The notes: generated by a model not told the origin, from the sequence alone. 64,000 nucleotides of DNA from the human T2T-CHM13v2.0 reference genome, Homo sapiens (GCF_009914755.1 NC_060929.1), one strand, 5' to 3'. Shown: positions 1 to 14,636, numbered from the stretch's first letter. Made by a program: numbers and translations.

Positions 1-311
1 CGCCGGGCATGATGGCTCACACCTGTAATCCCACCATTTGGGAGGCCGAGGTGGGCGGATTACCTGAGGTCAGGAGTTCGAGACCATCCTGGCCAATGTG
101 GTGAAACCCTTTCTCTACTAAAAATACAAAAATTAGCTGGGTGTGGTAGTGGGCACCTGTAGTCCCAGCTATTCAGGAGGTTGAGGCTGGAGAATTGCTT
201 GAACCCGGGAAGCGGAGGTTGCAGTGAGCTGAGACTCCATCCTGGGCAACAAGAGCGAAACTACGTCTCCAAAACAAAACAAAACAAAAAAATGAACAAA
301 CAAACAAAATA
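1..311 (+). mobile_element. AluS (AluSq/Sp-like) SINE with (CAAAA)n tail
   Basis: Begins GCCGGGCATGATGGCTCACACCTGTAATCCC, has the central CTACTAAAAATACAAAAATTAGC linker, right arm ends CAAGAGCGAAACT, then an A-rich tail. Confidence 0.95.
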
Positions 312-1934
312 ACATGCTTGTCATTAGGCATTTGACTTGCATGTCCTCCTCTAGGTCTGGACTGCAATTCTAGGCTATGCGCTACCAATCTGGATAGGAC
401 TGATGCAGGGATATCTGTGTGCTAGAATGTTCAGAACTCAACTGGGTTGAGTTTTTCAATGGTCATCTCTGAGGCAGAAGCCTGGTGTAGAGAAAGCCTG
501 CTGTCACAGTCTGATCTGTAACTCCTGACATAACTCCAAAGGTACTTTAGAGGACACATGACCTATTCTTCCAGAGATGACCTGGAGCCAGGCTTCCCTC
601 TTAAGGCCTCTGAAAGGTGGCCTGTGTGGGTGTGGAGGGAGGCATCTTCACTCCTGTCCTCTTAGCTTTGCCTCTGGCAGGAATAAAGAAGTGGGCTTTG
701 ATGTCAATATGTTCCCTTCAGAATGCCTTAGAAAAATAATGTATGTCTTGGCAAGTAGTGACTGTCATGCCAGCTCTGTTTTACAGTAATTTGGCTGTGT
801 GTTGCCACTCAAAGAACGTGCAATTTGAACTTTGACTAGGAGGGACAGTCTCAGTAATTGCCACAATTAGGTGATGCGATTGTTTTGGTGGAGGTATTCA
901 GAAACTTGGTAGGTTTTCTTTCCTGGTGTATTTCTGGACTTTATAGTGAGCATATTTATCTCATGAGTCGCCCATCCTCAGGTCTGCAAACTCTGCAGGA
1001 AATGAACTCTAAGGGCCAGATATTGTGTTATGTTTAAGGTCATGGAGAAAAACAGTGGCAACCTCCCAAAGAAAAGACAGGCTTCTGAGTCTGGGATGTG
1101 CTGGGTCAGTGGGGTCACTGTTGACTCCCCCAAGGCCAACCATTACAGGAAACAGAATTATAAGCCCGACCCACCAGGGGAGAATGAATCTCAAAAGCCT
1201 GATTCCTATGTCCCCATTGACATTTTAAAAACTCTGCTCTTCTGCCAGACATTCAGAGGAGAGTGAAGTAAATTTTAAAAGGAGAAAAATATTTATTTGT
1301 TTTAAAGCTTGCTCAGTAGTCCACTTAGGTCATTTACATAAACAACCTTTCCATGTAAACACCATTAATTATGTAGTATAACAGCCACATAAAAATGCTA
1401 AAAAATAAAAGTCATTGTAGAATAAATTAGAATGGCTTGAGTGCACAAATATAGAGAAACTGTAGACTTTTACATTTTATTGAAGGAAGTAGATGTGTGT
1501 TTTTTCTTTTGTTTGAGCTACTAGGATGGAACCAACAAATGACATTTTACAGATGGATACCAAAGCTGTTAAAGTTTAAACCCATACTGGTGATGAAATT
1601 ACAGTTTTTGCAGGGACCTTGACTCACGCCTCTTTCTTTATCTGTCTTGAAAAGATTGTGGGGCAAGATAGGAGTTGAAGTGTCCTGTGGATTTCCCCAG
1701 AAGGTTTGTTGGAGCAAGACCATTGTTGTCTACTCCAAAATCAGTAGCTTCCAACCTCCTTTCACCTGTAATAACAGAAGATTACTTGTGTCTGTGCTAA
1801 AGGAAATGAATTGAGTGCAGCCTGCCAGGCACAAAGAAGAAGGGCAGAAACTGACACTGTTGAGGAAAGATGGCATAGGGGACCTTGTAGTAACAATACC
1901 AGGGCACATTTGTGTCACCCTTTGTAGTACTGCA

Positions 1935-2095
1935 AGCATCTTTATAGATATCATTTAATATGATTCTTCACAATAATTCTGTAAGATAGACAGGGCATGC
2001 ATTTTTATCAGTCCCATTTTACAGACAAGGCAATTGAAGCTTCATGAAGGAAATCACAATGAAGCTGGAATTGGAAAGCATTTCCTAACTCCCAT
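1935..2095 (-). mobile_element. MIR fragment
   Basis: CCCATTTTACAGACAAGGCAATTGAAGC resembles the reverse complement of the MIR core. Confidence 0.6.
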
Positions 2096-2569
2096 CTATA
2101 TTTTTTTCATTACCCCATTCATAATTCTTTTTAAATGTAATTGAAGAGAAACATGGTTCAGTTCCTAGCAATATTTTGTGCTATGTAGGATCTTTTAAGA
2201 ATGTTGAGTGCATTTACATCATTTCCTCAGGGAAAGTTTTGTTTTACCTGGACAGGCAGGAAATGGAGTTGAAATGGGAAAAGTTTTTCATTTTTATGGA
2301 TTAAACCCATCTGTTATGTTCACTAAGGCTAGGTCATGGAGGAGGATAGATTTCTCATGGCATAAAGAGAGGAGAGTAAAATGCACCTCCTTTATTCCCT
2401 GGTTCAGATTCACCCCCATCCAGAGAGTCCTGTTCAGACAAAACAGGGCAGCCAGCCTATCAGTCAGAAAGAAAAGATACTGTGGCCCTCAAACATGCCC
2501 CAGCATACTGAGCAGTCTTCCACAAAGTTGAAGTTAATACTTATTGCTCGGAAGAATTCTGAGGGATAA

Positions 2570-3358
<789 letters not shown>

Positions 3359-4259
3359 TGGAATGTTAGTGTTGAACCACACACGTACCCCTTGTAATAG
3401 AGCTCACAGTCAAATATTAATGAAATGATCATGTCAATATTTACTGTAGAAAACCCATTTTCCAATGGGAGTAAGACCAGTAACTAGTTAATTGGAAAAT
3501 GCAGTTAAAGTGGGAAGTATGTATATGATTTGATATATATATATTTAATCATATAGGTATGGTTATATATATATAAATATTTTATTTTTTTACTTAAAAT
3601 ACATAAACGAACATTCATTTGCTAAATTTGTTAGAGTCAAGATGGTTTCTTTTAGGATCTGTCCAGTCATTGAAAGTTTACGTTATCTTTCTTGCATAAA
3701 GCTCACTCAAAATGATGGGATATACATTATCATCTACAATTTCTAGTTTCAGATACTCTAAAGTGGAGGGAAAACTTAAAGACACTTGTGAAGTGTCTTC
3801 ACTAAGTGAATTCACTTAGATTTTTATTTTTTCCCCCAATCTTTTACACTTGTCTTGCCTACAACTAATTTAAGAGCAGTTATTTTCCCCCAGCTTTTCA
3901 GGTCTTTCCAAGGCATTTAACTGAGCTTTCATAGAGACAGTAACTCTCTTTTCATGCTCATATTTTATCAGTTTATGTGATATTTAATTAAACTACATAA
4001 TTATAGTAATCAAGTACAACTGCCATAAACAGGTTTGGGAACAAAAACAACCCACTCTTAGTAAGCATAAGCTCAGCTGGTGGGAGTAGAGGCCTTGAGG
4101 TTACCAGGTGGCAGAAGCCTCAAGTGTTGATCGTGATCCGGGCAATCCATCAATACGTTTTACAAAGGGATTTGAAAGCATCACTTAATTCCCTGCGGTG
4201 CTGAATTAAGAGAGCTTCTGTTATAATTAACAACGAATAAATATTACTAAAGAAAAGCG

Positions 4260-4680
4260 GTGGGTGCCATAAAAGTCTGTGACTGGGGGATGTGATATAT
4301 ACATCACAGTCCTGGGGCGTTAGGAAAGACTTGACTGTTGACCTAAGATCAGACGAAGATTAGAGTTACCTCAGAGACAGGCTGGGGCAGGAATCTGGAG
4401 AAAGCGTTCCAGGCAGCAGGAGTAGCAGGGTCAATGGTGTGAGGGTGGAGGGAGGATGTGTTGAAAATGAGGAACTCAAAGAAGGCAGTGTGGGTGGAGC
4501 AGAGTGTGGCAGCTGGGGAGCAGTCCTGGATGAGGCAGAAGGAGGTAGAGGCCACTTCATGCAAGCTTTCCGGGCTCTCACGAGCAGGGGATCTTCATCT
4601 CTATCGACAGCGGGAAGCTGCCAATGCATGTGAAGTGAGAGTGTGCTTATTTGATCAAGAGCAACAGCCAATTTGTAGAG
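4260..4680 (-). mobile_element. L2 LINE fragment
   Basis: Purine-rich GAAAGCGTTCCAGGCAGCAGGAGTAGC...GAGGAACTCAAAGAAGGCAGTGTGGGTGGAGC, typical of antisense L2 3' region. Confidence 0.7.
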
Positions 4681-4951
4681 TTTAGACCCCCAAATCTAAT
4701 TTGCATACTTGGCTTGTATATTTTCCTAATCTAAATACACTATAGGTAATGGAGAAAAAAATTTTTTTTTCTTGACCTCTGGCATCAGAATTTCTCTTAG
4801 GAAGGGAACTGTCCTTATTCAGGAAAATGCATTCATTGGCAGCTTGTGGGTCAGAGATGAAGATCTGAGGATAGGTGTTGAGATAATAAAGAGATGCTAA
4901 ATATCTCTGCTGAGAAAATAAAAGCGAGTGAGAGAGAAGGAAGGGGAGTTT

Positions 4952-5408
4952 TGTATTAGTTTTCTAGGCCTGCCTTAACAAAGTACCACAAACTGAGTGG
5001 CTTAGAATAACAGACATTTATTCTCTCCACTTTGGAGGTTAGAAGTCTGAAATCAAGGTGTCAGCAGGGCCATGTTCCCTCTATAAAGCTCTGGACAGAT
5101 TTTTTCCTTGCCTCTTCCTGGTTACTCCCGGTGCCTGTGCAATCCCTGGTGTTCCTTGGTTTGCGACTCCATCTCTCCAGCTCTGACTCTGTTGTCACAT
5201 GGCATCCTCCTTGTGTGTCTCTGTCTGTGCGTCTTCTCCTTTTCTTATAAAGATGCCAGTCATATTGGATTAGGGTCCACCGAAATTACTTCATCTTAAC
5301 TTGCTTGCATCTGCAAAGACCCTGTTTTCTAAATAATGTCCCATTCACATGCACTGGAGGTTAGGACTTGAATATATCTTTTTGGGGGACACAATTCTAC
5401 CCATAACT
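4952..5408 (-). mobile_element. MaLR solo LTR, MLT1C-like
   Basis: Runs TGTATTAGTTTTCTAGG...AAAGTACCACAAACTG to GGGGGACACAATTCTACCCATAAC, the reverse complement of the MLT1 consensus termini; ~457 bp. Confidence 0.85.
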
Positions 5409-5539
5409 GGTGTAAACAGGGAGAGGTGAGAAGGATCAGAAAAATCATGAGATGTTAAGGGGTTAGGGTGGCTACAGCCATTAAGAAATTGCTGGTGGTG
5501 GAATGGCTGAGCAGACTAATAATGCATTTTAAAGTGCTT

Positions 5540-6370
5540 TTTGAAGACATAGAAGTAGCCAACAAACATGAAAAAATGCTCATCATCAGTAATCATCAAA
5601 GATATGAAAATCAAAACCACAATGAGGTATCACTTCACACCAGTCAAAATGGCTATTAAAAGTCAAAAAATAATAAGGGCAGCAAGGCTGTGGAGAAAAG
5701 GGAATGCTTATGCACTGCTGGTGGGAATGTAAATTAGTTCAGCCACTGTGGAAAGCAGTCTGGAGATTTCTCAAAGGACTTAGAACTACTATTAGATCCA
5801 GTAATCCCATTAATGAGTATATACTCAATGGAAAATAAAACATTGTATCATAAAGACACATCCACTCATATGTTCATCAAAGCACTATTCACAATAGCAA
5901 ATACATGGAATCAACCTAGGTGTTCATCAATGGTGGATTGGATAAAGAAAATGTGGTACATATACACCATGGAATACTACGCAGCCATAAAGGAGAATGA
6001 AATTATTTCCTTTGCAGCAACATGGATGCAGCCAGAGGCCATTATCCCAAGTGAACTGACGCAGGAACAGAAAACCAAGTACTGCATGTTCTCATTTATA
6101 AATGGGAGCTAAACATTGGGTACACATGAACATAAAGATGGAAATCACAGACTCTGGGGACTATTAGAGCGGGGCAAGAGGGAGTGGATAAAGGTTGAAA
6201 AACTACCGATTGGGTACTATGCTTACTACCTGTGTGATGGGCTCATTTGTACTCCAAACCTCAGTGTCACACAATATACTCATGTAAAAAAACCTGCACA
6301 TGTACCCCCTGAATCTAAAATGAAAGTCAAAATTATAAAAATAAAGATCTGATCCAAAAATAAATAAGTA
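5540..6370 (+). mobile_element. 5'-truncated old primate L1 (L1PA15/16-like): ORF2 C-terminus and 3'UTR
   Basis: ORF 5813-6112 matches the ORF2 C-terminus (ALFTIANTWNQPRC...[18 protein letters not shown]); 3'UTR AAACCTGCACATGTACCCCCTGAATCTAAAA and A-rich tail. Confidence 0.9.
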
Positions 6371-6614
6371 AAGTATCTTTCTTCCCTTGTAAGACATGAC
6401 AGCCTACAAAATGTCTCCCCACTGTGCCCAGGGTGATGACTCCCACCTTTTCAGTGACACTTCTATTACACATGTGTTTGTTGATGCTTTGGTGGAGGAG
6501 ATGAGGGGGCAAAAGACATGTGGGGTCACCGAGAAGGACTTGGGTCCCATGTTAGGGTTGCTGACATAAAGGATGCAATCATAGGAAACCTCCAGAGAAC
6601 AATTCAAGAGATGT

Positions 6615-6668
6615 TGGAGATTTCTCAAAGGACTTAGAACTACCATTAGATCCAGTAATCCCATTAAT
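6615..6668 (+). repeat. 54-bp dispersed duplicate of 5761-5814
   Basis: TGGAGATTTCTCAAAGGACTTAGAACTAC(C/T)ATTAGATCCAGTAATCCCATTAAT, 53/54 identical between copies. Confidence 0.95.
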
Positions 6669-6678
6669 TACTGGCGGT

Positions 6679-6705
6679 GGGGGTGGGGGTGGGGGTTGGG
6701 GAGGG
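6679..6705 (+). other. G-quadruplex-forming G-run cluster
   Basis: GGGGG-T-GGGGG-T-GGGGG-TT-GGGG-A-GGG: five G tracts with 1-2 nt loops. Confidence 0.8.
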
Positions 6706-8836
6706 TGGCGGGAAAAAGTAATTCTGTGATTGTAAACCACTGTTCGTGTGTCCTGGTCTCCCAGATATTCAGAGAAATATTGAATTTCCACAATCTCTAG
6801 CATGCGGGTTTGGAAACTTTATCTCCATCTTGTTGGGCAAGGACCAGGGTTTCAAATATAGTTATTAAAAATCTTCCTCTTCATTTGGTGCTGTCAACCC
6901 TTTGAGGGTACAGTGCAGGGTTTTCGCTATATTTAGAGTGCTTATGAGTTACTTAAGAAAAACACACCCCAAATCCTGTATTCTACATCTCTTGCCCTAC
7001 CATTTTCCAAATATCAAAATTCTGAATAGACGATCACTTTGATGGTGGGAGAATGTTCCCTGAAGTTCAGTTTTTAGGTCTTGTCAGTTTCCCTTCTTAC
7101 TTCAGTAAGGCTTAACGTTTTATTTCTGGATCGCTGGCTGAGGCACTGAAGCTCTTCCACGCCATTCACTCAGGTTGCTGGTTCGACTCTCAGAACAAAG
7201 GAAATGATTTCCTGCAGTGAGTCCAGATGTTTGTGTTCGGCATTACTGCTATTAGCCATCAAGTCTGAGAACTGTACAAAATTAAATCCATCCTTGAGGC
7301 CTAGAAGGGAAGACAATCTTAATAATAGTGTAATGTCCTCAGAGTGAAATATCCTGAAGTGGGGGAAGAACTACCATCTCCATGAACTACAGTCCTGCAC
7401 TGCAGCCTTTTTGTTCATTTCTGTGCTTCATTTACATTGGTATTTAACACAAATGTGGTTTTAAAGCATATCAAAGCCGCCTTAAAACCTAAGTAACTGG
7501 CAAATGGTTAGAATAATTAATAAAGCAGGTTTTTGTTTATTCTGTAAGCAGTTCAAGGAAATTGAGAAAATTTGCAGTTGGCAAAGGTATTATTGGTGGC
7601 TAACACATCGCACCTCAGTAGAAACTTTCATCATCTCAGTTGTGTCATGAGCACTGAGGCTGCCCAGGCAAAATAAAGTGAAAAGCGGGCAATTACACAG
7701 AGACTGTGAATGCAATATGAGGCTGTGTTTGGATATTTAGGCAAGAAACCTTTAGGGTCTTCTCTCACTTTGTGAACCCTGCATGGATTGTTGGTTAGAA
7801 GGGCTGGATGGTGCTCTACTTTACCCCTGAAGGAATTGGCTAACCCATCCATTCTCCTGAATTATGTCAGGGAATTTGTGTTCTCTAGCTGCTGAGAAAA
7901 GATGCGTCCTCTTGGTGACTCTCACAGTCATCCTCTTAAGCCTCTGAGAACCAGCTGGTTTTTTGTTTGAACCAAGTCATGTGCACATGACTCCTGCATG
8001 CTGAGGGAAGGTGTCCTCAACAGAGGCCCTCATGTCTCAGCAGTCCTGAGATGACCCAGAGAATGCTAGAGGAATGGGCTCTGAAATTCCCTCTGACCCA
8101 AGGCCTATGCCATGTGCCAGTTCTGTATACGGTTGGTTCTTTTCCATAATTCCTGCTCTGCCCTTGTTAGTCCTCACAATAACCCTTTAAAGAAAATTAT
8201 TCTGCCAATATAAAAGGTGCCAGTCTTCTATGGCACCCTGGCTTTTACCATACCCCAAGCCCAAGACCGTCTTTCCGAAGCTCTGTGTAAACTCTAAATG
8301 GTTACCACATGTAAGAAAGATTAAAACAGAGGGGGAAAATAATCTCAGCTTGAACTAGCCACATTGGTGCTGATTACCTTGCAGATATAAAGCATTCTTA
8401 CATTTTAAACATTTCCATTTTTTAATAAAGAGCAAGTCAAAGTTGGCCAGGATTCAGAAGAAGTCTCTTGAAATGGTAATATATTTAAGAAGGTTCTTTA
8501 TAAAATCAAGAGTGGTAGCTACTTTCTTAGTAGCTTCCAAGAGTGGAAAAAGCAGGAAGACTGAAGGATATCAATACTTTGACAGGTCTGAATGTTAGAA
8601 AGTGGGGATCAGTTATTCTCATTAGTCAAAGAGAGAAGACAGGAGTAAGGCATAAGTTTGGTGGAATAAGAGAAAGTTAATCTAAGAAACACATAAGTAC
8701 AATGAAACTGGCTTTGTCCTCTTGTACTGCTGGTGGCAATTCAATTATCATACAGTCATATTTCTTATTTTGTAATTGTTAATTGGTTAAGGCATAGAGC
8801 ATTTCTGTGAAATTCTTCTCTCTTTCCTCCCAAGCA

Positions 8837-8890
8837 TGTGTGTGTGTGTCTGTGTGTGTGTGTCTGTGTATGTGTGTGTATGTTTGTATA
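8837..8890. repeat. Imperfect (TG)n microsatellite
   Basis: TGTGTGTGTGTGTCTGTGTGTGTGTGTCTGTGTATGTGTGTG read directly. Confidence 0.9.
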
Positions 8891-9974
8891 CAAAAATGAG
8901 GAAATGGAGAAACAGCGGAGACATGTGTTACTAGCTCCCTCTATCTGGATCTGGGGAAGGCCCAAACCCCAGACTTACTGTTCCCTTCTGCTATCGTGAG
9001 GTAGATGGTCACTTTGAAGACACTCACAGTTTCTTTGCCACCAGGTCTTACTGTAGGGTTATTTGTGGTTTTTTGGTTTTGCACTATTTTTTCTGGTCAT
9101 CATCGATTCTCACATAAGTGCAGATGATGAGGGAGAAAATCTAACTAAATGGAATCCTTACTACATGTGTCATATTTTCTCTGCCCAGTGCCTGTCTTAA
9201 AAGCGTATCTGATTGTATATTATCTCTCATAGCTTGCTTGGACTCCTCTTTCCTCTTGGTCTCGGGAAAAGAGACAAAGGGAGAGGTGTTTAAAGGTAGT
9301 TCGCCATGGCATGCCGCCTGTACTCTTGCAGGTAATTTACACGCCACGTGGTCTCCACCATTGCTGTGTGCTGTAACTCAGTAACCCAATGGTAGCTTGA
9401 CCTTCAACAGCTGCTGAGCCTCTCTGTTTCTAAAAAGGGGCAGAAGAGGCCATTAGAGCAAGGAAATAACATGTGGCTTTCCAAACTGCATGAAATACGT
9501 CTATTGTGACTAGATGAATTACATATTCATGAAAACTGTGAAATGGAAGACAACTCTGCTTGCCAAGCCCTCACACTGGCTGAGCACAAGGCCCAGCAAA
9601 CAATGCAAAGCTCTGGCTCTCTCACTTATTTACCTTGCCAGTCAACATGTACTGTGCAATTACAGGTTTCTACAAGTCATGAGAGGAAAGCTGGGAAGAC
9701 TTCTGCGTTTCCAAAGAAAACTGAATTCCAGAATTATTACATTTTAATCTCATGCCAATGAGCATTTATTGAGTGGCCACTGTTCTAATATTATCCCAAC
9801 AAAACTGCAATAATGTATTATTAGGAAAGGAATTGACTAGTCAAAAGTGAGCCTGCACACACTGTAACTATCCCCCTTTCCTCCATTAAACAGGATGTCT
9901 AACTAGTATGTGTATAACCACTCACACCAAGATAAGAGTTTTGATGTTTCTATTTCTTATTACTTCCTGTTAGA

Positions 9975-10115
9975 AGAGAATCATGGAAACTCTTTCTACC
10001 TTACAGATAGGAAAAATGAAGCCAGCCATGTTAAGTGACCTCCCAAGGGACGTTGTCACTGGCAGAGCCGGGAAGAATATTGCATTGCTGTCTCTTGACT
10101 CTGAGTTCATATTTA
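9975..10115 (-). mobile_element. MIR fragment
   Basis: TTACAGATAGGAAAAATGAAGCC...GTTAAGTGACCTCCCAAGG resembles the antisense MIR core. Confidence 0.6.
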
Positions 10116-10349
10116 CTGTACCAGAGCACGCATATGGATTTGATGTTAGTATTACAATATCAGTAACAAGGATGACCAAAGAGATTCTGACATTTCAAGT
10201 GCTCTCCGTGGTTCTGTTCGTAGCTCATCAAGGGCATAGGTCCAATACTGGTTAGTATCATGCACATGCTGTTCCTCTTAGCTTCAGTCCTTTCCCCTTC
10301 TCCACCCTAATATTGTTTCATCTTTACATTTTCTGCTGATCTGGGTGAG

Positions 10350-10830
10350 CTAAACAGGCTCACTGGTAGCTATGCAAACCCTCTTCTTGGGGTTTCTGTA
10401 CTGCAGAGGTTCCAAATATGATTTAGGGCTCTGTTAGTCAGATGCATTCACAGAAGACTTAAAATCAGAATTGAGTTAAATGGCAAGAGCTGTGTGGTCT
10501 GTTAGCCTTTATTATTCCCCCCAGCAAGGATCTAACAGGAACCAACAATTGTACCCTTGAAAATTGCAAATGAGGTGTATTCCTGGAGCCAGTGGTTGCA
10601 CTGTCAGTCTTTTGATTTCCAAGCTTCCTGAATATGGCAGAGAAGGCAGCTCCACCTGGGAGTCCGGTTCTGCAGTATTGTTCTAGGATATATTTCTCCA
10701 GGTTTCACAGAGACTGTTTTTCCTGACCTTTCAAAGATTTTGTTAGCACCTGATTTCCTGTATTAAATCCTGTTCTACTTAAACTTGCTAGAATGGTTTC
10801 TCTGATCTACAGCTGAGTCCTGACTGATCT
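10350..10830 (+). mobile_element. Ancient ERVL-type solo LTR (LTR33-like)
   Basis: 3' end ATTAAATCCTGTTCTACTTAAACTTGCTAGAATGGTTTCTCTG...CCTGACTGAT and internal TCAGATGCATTCACAGAAGACTT resemble the LTR33 family. Confidence 0.5.
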
Positions 10831-10944
10831 GCTGCTCAAAGATCACCTGTAAGGCCCTCTGCACCCTGAGTCATCTGTCTGTGTTCAATCACATCATGGT
10901 GCATTTAAATCTCTCTCTCTCTCGCTGTACGTGTGTGTGTCTCC

Positions 10945-11055
10945 TATGCCCAGACTACAAGGTTATTCATCTTTTAGTCCTGCTATACCTGGGACAAAGC
11001 TGAGCACATAATATTCACTTAAGAGATGTTTGTTTGAATAAATGGATGGATGACT
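10945..11055 (+). mobile_element. L2 3' end fragment
   Basis: Ends GCACATAATATTCACTTAAGAGATGTTTGTTTGAATAAATGGATGGATGA, like the L2 terminus. Confidence 0.6.
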
Positions 11056-11699
11056 AAATGCATAGGAACAAATATCCTGTGACGCTTAGTTCATGGGAGA
11101 ATGAAAAACTTGTTGAAAATGCAATTTTATTTCATATATACGCCATTAGTGTATTTTATATAATAAAATGTAGAAAGGCACATACTTTTAGCTTGATATT
11201 AATCACTACCTCTTACTTAAACAGTCAAATGGGATTTGCTGCCCAGCAGTTAAATATTTTGCTATCCTCGGAAGACTAGCAATGTGCATTGATGAATGTG
11301 AGCCTTACCTCTTAGCTTCTGCCTCTTCCCCATTACATTTCTTCCTGGGTAAATTCTGAACAGGTGCTACTAGATGCCTCATTAACTGCATGGAGCTTTA
11401 GAAATCATGGGTGAGATGATCCCTTGCCAGAAAGTAAGCCCTGAATTCTTTAAACACTGTCCTGGACTTAAAGTACTGTGATTCTTTCTGTGTTGCCATC
11501 GGCGACAGACAATGGCTTAAGGTGCCAAGAGCTTGAATTGATGTTACGTCTTATCTTACTCTGATCTTCCTTCTTGTCATTATTTAGCCCTTTCTCTATC
11601 ATTTATGTTTCATTTCTCCATTAATATTTATTAAGTGCCTACAGCTTACATAGTAATAATAACGGTAGTAATATATACATTCTATTTTTAAAAGCTACT

Positions 11700-12180
<481 letters not shown>

Positions 12181-13564
12181 TGATGCCATATTTTTAATGG
12201 TAAGAAACAAGATGAAGATAGAAACACAAACTTTAGAATATCATATCTTTAGGACTTTGCACCATGAACCAGTATATTATGTACGTGTGGACACAGAGGA
12301 AATATCTTGAAGAGAGTTTCAAAATCCCTCAACTCAATTATGCAAGATATTTCTACCATTCATGAATGTAGTGCTGCATATATACATAGCACCCAATTGG
12401 AGAGAGCAGGCAAATCTCAGCTGGTGATGATGAATCTCTTTGGCATTAACAGTCCCATTGCAGCAGCAATCAGAGGAGGCCACACACCCACAGTGCTCTG
12501 CCCTGGCCCGATGACACACAAGATATTGAGCAATATTTCCAAGTAGTAGACCAGCCAGGGGAGGGGAATCTGGGTGGGAGAAACATTCTAGAAACCAAGT
12601 CAGTTGGGAATTGATTTAAGGGTCTAGGGAGGAGAGAGGGAGAAGAGGGGAGGAGATGGTGAATCATTTTCTGTGTGACACCAGAGAGCAATATACTTAT
12701 ACCAGTGGGAAGAGCTACAGGGAGGGCAGAAGAACGTGTTTTCTGACAATTATAGGAGTCCAAAAATGAGCTGGACCACACTGGAAGGTAATAAGCTCTT
12801 CATCATCAGAAATGTTCAAGAAGATGAACACCTGTCAAGGCTGCTGTAAAGGAGCTGCCCACGTGGGGAGGTTAGTTTCATCAAGTTGTCAGACGCCAGC
12901 AGGCTGGGAGCTGGTGGAGAAGCAGACCTCACCCAAGGAGTCTGACTTAGTAGCTCTGGTAGTATGTAGAGAATCTTTGTTAGAAACTGCTAGACCAGAG
13001 CAATGGACTCCACAGTGGAGGGCACAAGATACATGAAATCCCCTTGATATTTACATTCTATATAAGAGTAAAAAAAAGAAAGTAGGCCTACTAACATTTG
13101 ATGTCTAGTGAATCAGACAGTCTTGTGCCACATCTGAGAGGTCACACAGGACACTGCAGCAAGAGCAGGAGTCCTCCAACACGGAAGGCTGCAGCAGGAT
13201 CTTCCTTTGTTTGTTTACATTCACATGTTTCCATACACCTGTAGTTTAACTGTGCCCTGTGAAAGAAATGCATCTTAAATTGCAGAATTGCAAATAGTAT
13301 TAGCTTTAGCTTAAATGAAATGGGAAATAAACATGACAATTGTTGTGTCACAAAGAGGTTTGTGGGTTATCTTGGGATGAAATAAAGCACAGTCTAACTT
13401 AAAGTTGTGCATTTTTTCTTACAAGAAGAAGCATGCAATCATGCAAGTATGCTGACTTCCTGTGACAAGTGGCAGATGGTAGTAGACTTCTTAGACAGTT
13501 TTGAACAAATAAACACACTTACTGGTCCCATTTAAATACATGGACCAGGCATGTTCTGCTTTCA

Positions 13565-13735
13565 GTGGGTTAAGTCATTGACTCATGACACAGCCTTAAA
13601 AAGTAGGGACAATTAACTCCATTTTACAGATGAGGAAACCAAGGCTCAGAAAGGCAAAACTGACTTCCCCAAGATCACTCAGTAATCAGTGAAAGAGTGG
13701 GGTTTAAAGGAAGAGTCTTTCTCAGTCAAACTAAT
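13565..13735 (-). mobile_element. MIR
   Basis: CCATTTTACAGATGAGGAAACCAAGGCTCAGAAAGG, near-consensus antisense MIR core. Confidence 0.8.
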
Positions 13736-13744
13736 TTACTTCTC

Positions 13745-14565
13745 TAAGGTGAGAAATCAGTTGCTTTTTGAACAAAGAAAACCAAAAACCTCTGCAATGA
13801 TAAAAGCATTTTGCAAATAATGGCTGAAAATGTTTCCATCGTTAATGTTATTTTTGTTGCCAAAGCTGTGTAAATGTATAACCTTTAACAATCAGAACAC
13901 TGGAAACTTAGAAAACCTAGTAATAAAATTTTAAAATCGATTTTAAAGTGAAGAGTTTCAGGATATTTTGAAGAACGCATTTATTAAACACATAAAAATT
14001 CATTAAGTTCTAACTTGCTGGCAAGAACAAATGATAGAGCAGGAAAAAATGAAATTCACTAGCAAACTTAAAAAAAGAACTTTCTCATAACTGGTGGATG
14101 CAAGTTAAAATAAGTTTCATGATTTAGTAAGCCCAGCCAACAATGCATCTTTCCCACATTTGGATCAACATATTTTGGAGAAGCATCTTTCTCAGCAATG
14201 ACAGCCATTAAGGCTGCACCAAACTTTCAGATTCCTCTATCACAAGGAACTAAACCAAGATTTTTCTTTTTTGTAATGAAGCATATTCAAGTGGATTATT
14301 CTCAGTAAAGAAACGTTATCAGTGGTGGCAGCTTTTTAGTGAGAGTAAAAATTCTTTATATAAAATACAATAAAACAAAAATTGTTTTAAAACATTTTAT
14401 CTTCACGTGATCTTTTAAATTATTGTGCATGTGTTATAATGTTCATAATGTGTCAGTACCATAGTGTGTGTACATAACTTATAAGTGGATATATAAAAAT
14501 AACCGGGTGCCTACTCAGATATTTTACTAAGATGGGACATGGTCAGCTGAGTTTGGAGACTACTG
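13745..14565 (+). mobile_element. hAT-Charlie DNA transposon fossil (Charlie7-like), 3' part with transposase dimerisation-domain remnant
   Basis: 14150-14212 translates FPTFGSTYFGEASFSAMTAIK (hAT C-terminal motif); ends AGTTTGGAGACTACTG, a Charlie-type terminus. Confidence 0.75.
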
Positions 14566-14636
14566 GATGTGACATCTTTCAGTGTCCACTCCTTAGCTTC
14601 GAGTCTTCTAGTCTCTGGTAAATGATCTGCTCTTAC

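Noticed and set aside
1009-1266. Overlapping 61-78 aa ORFs as a coding exon
   Set aside because: No recognisable domain and no convincing splice-site pair
4100-4116. CTCF-like motif TTACCAGGTGGCAG (similar partial matches near 1171, 9345 and 20840)
   Set aside because: Mismatches at core positions; partial matches are expected by chance in 64 kb
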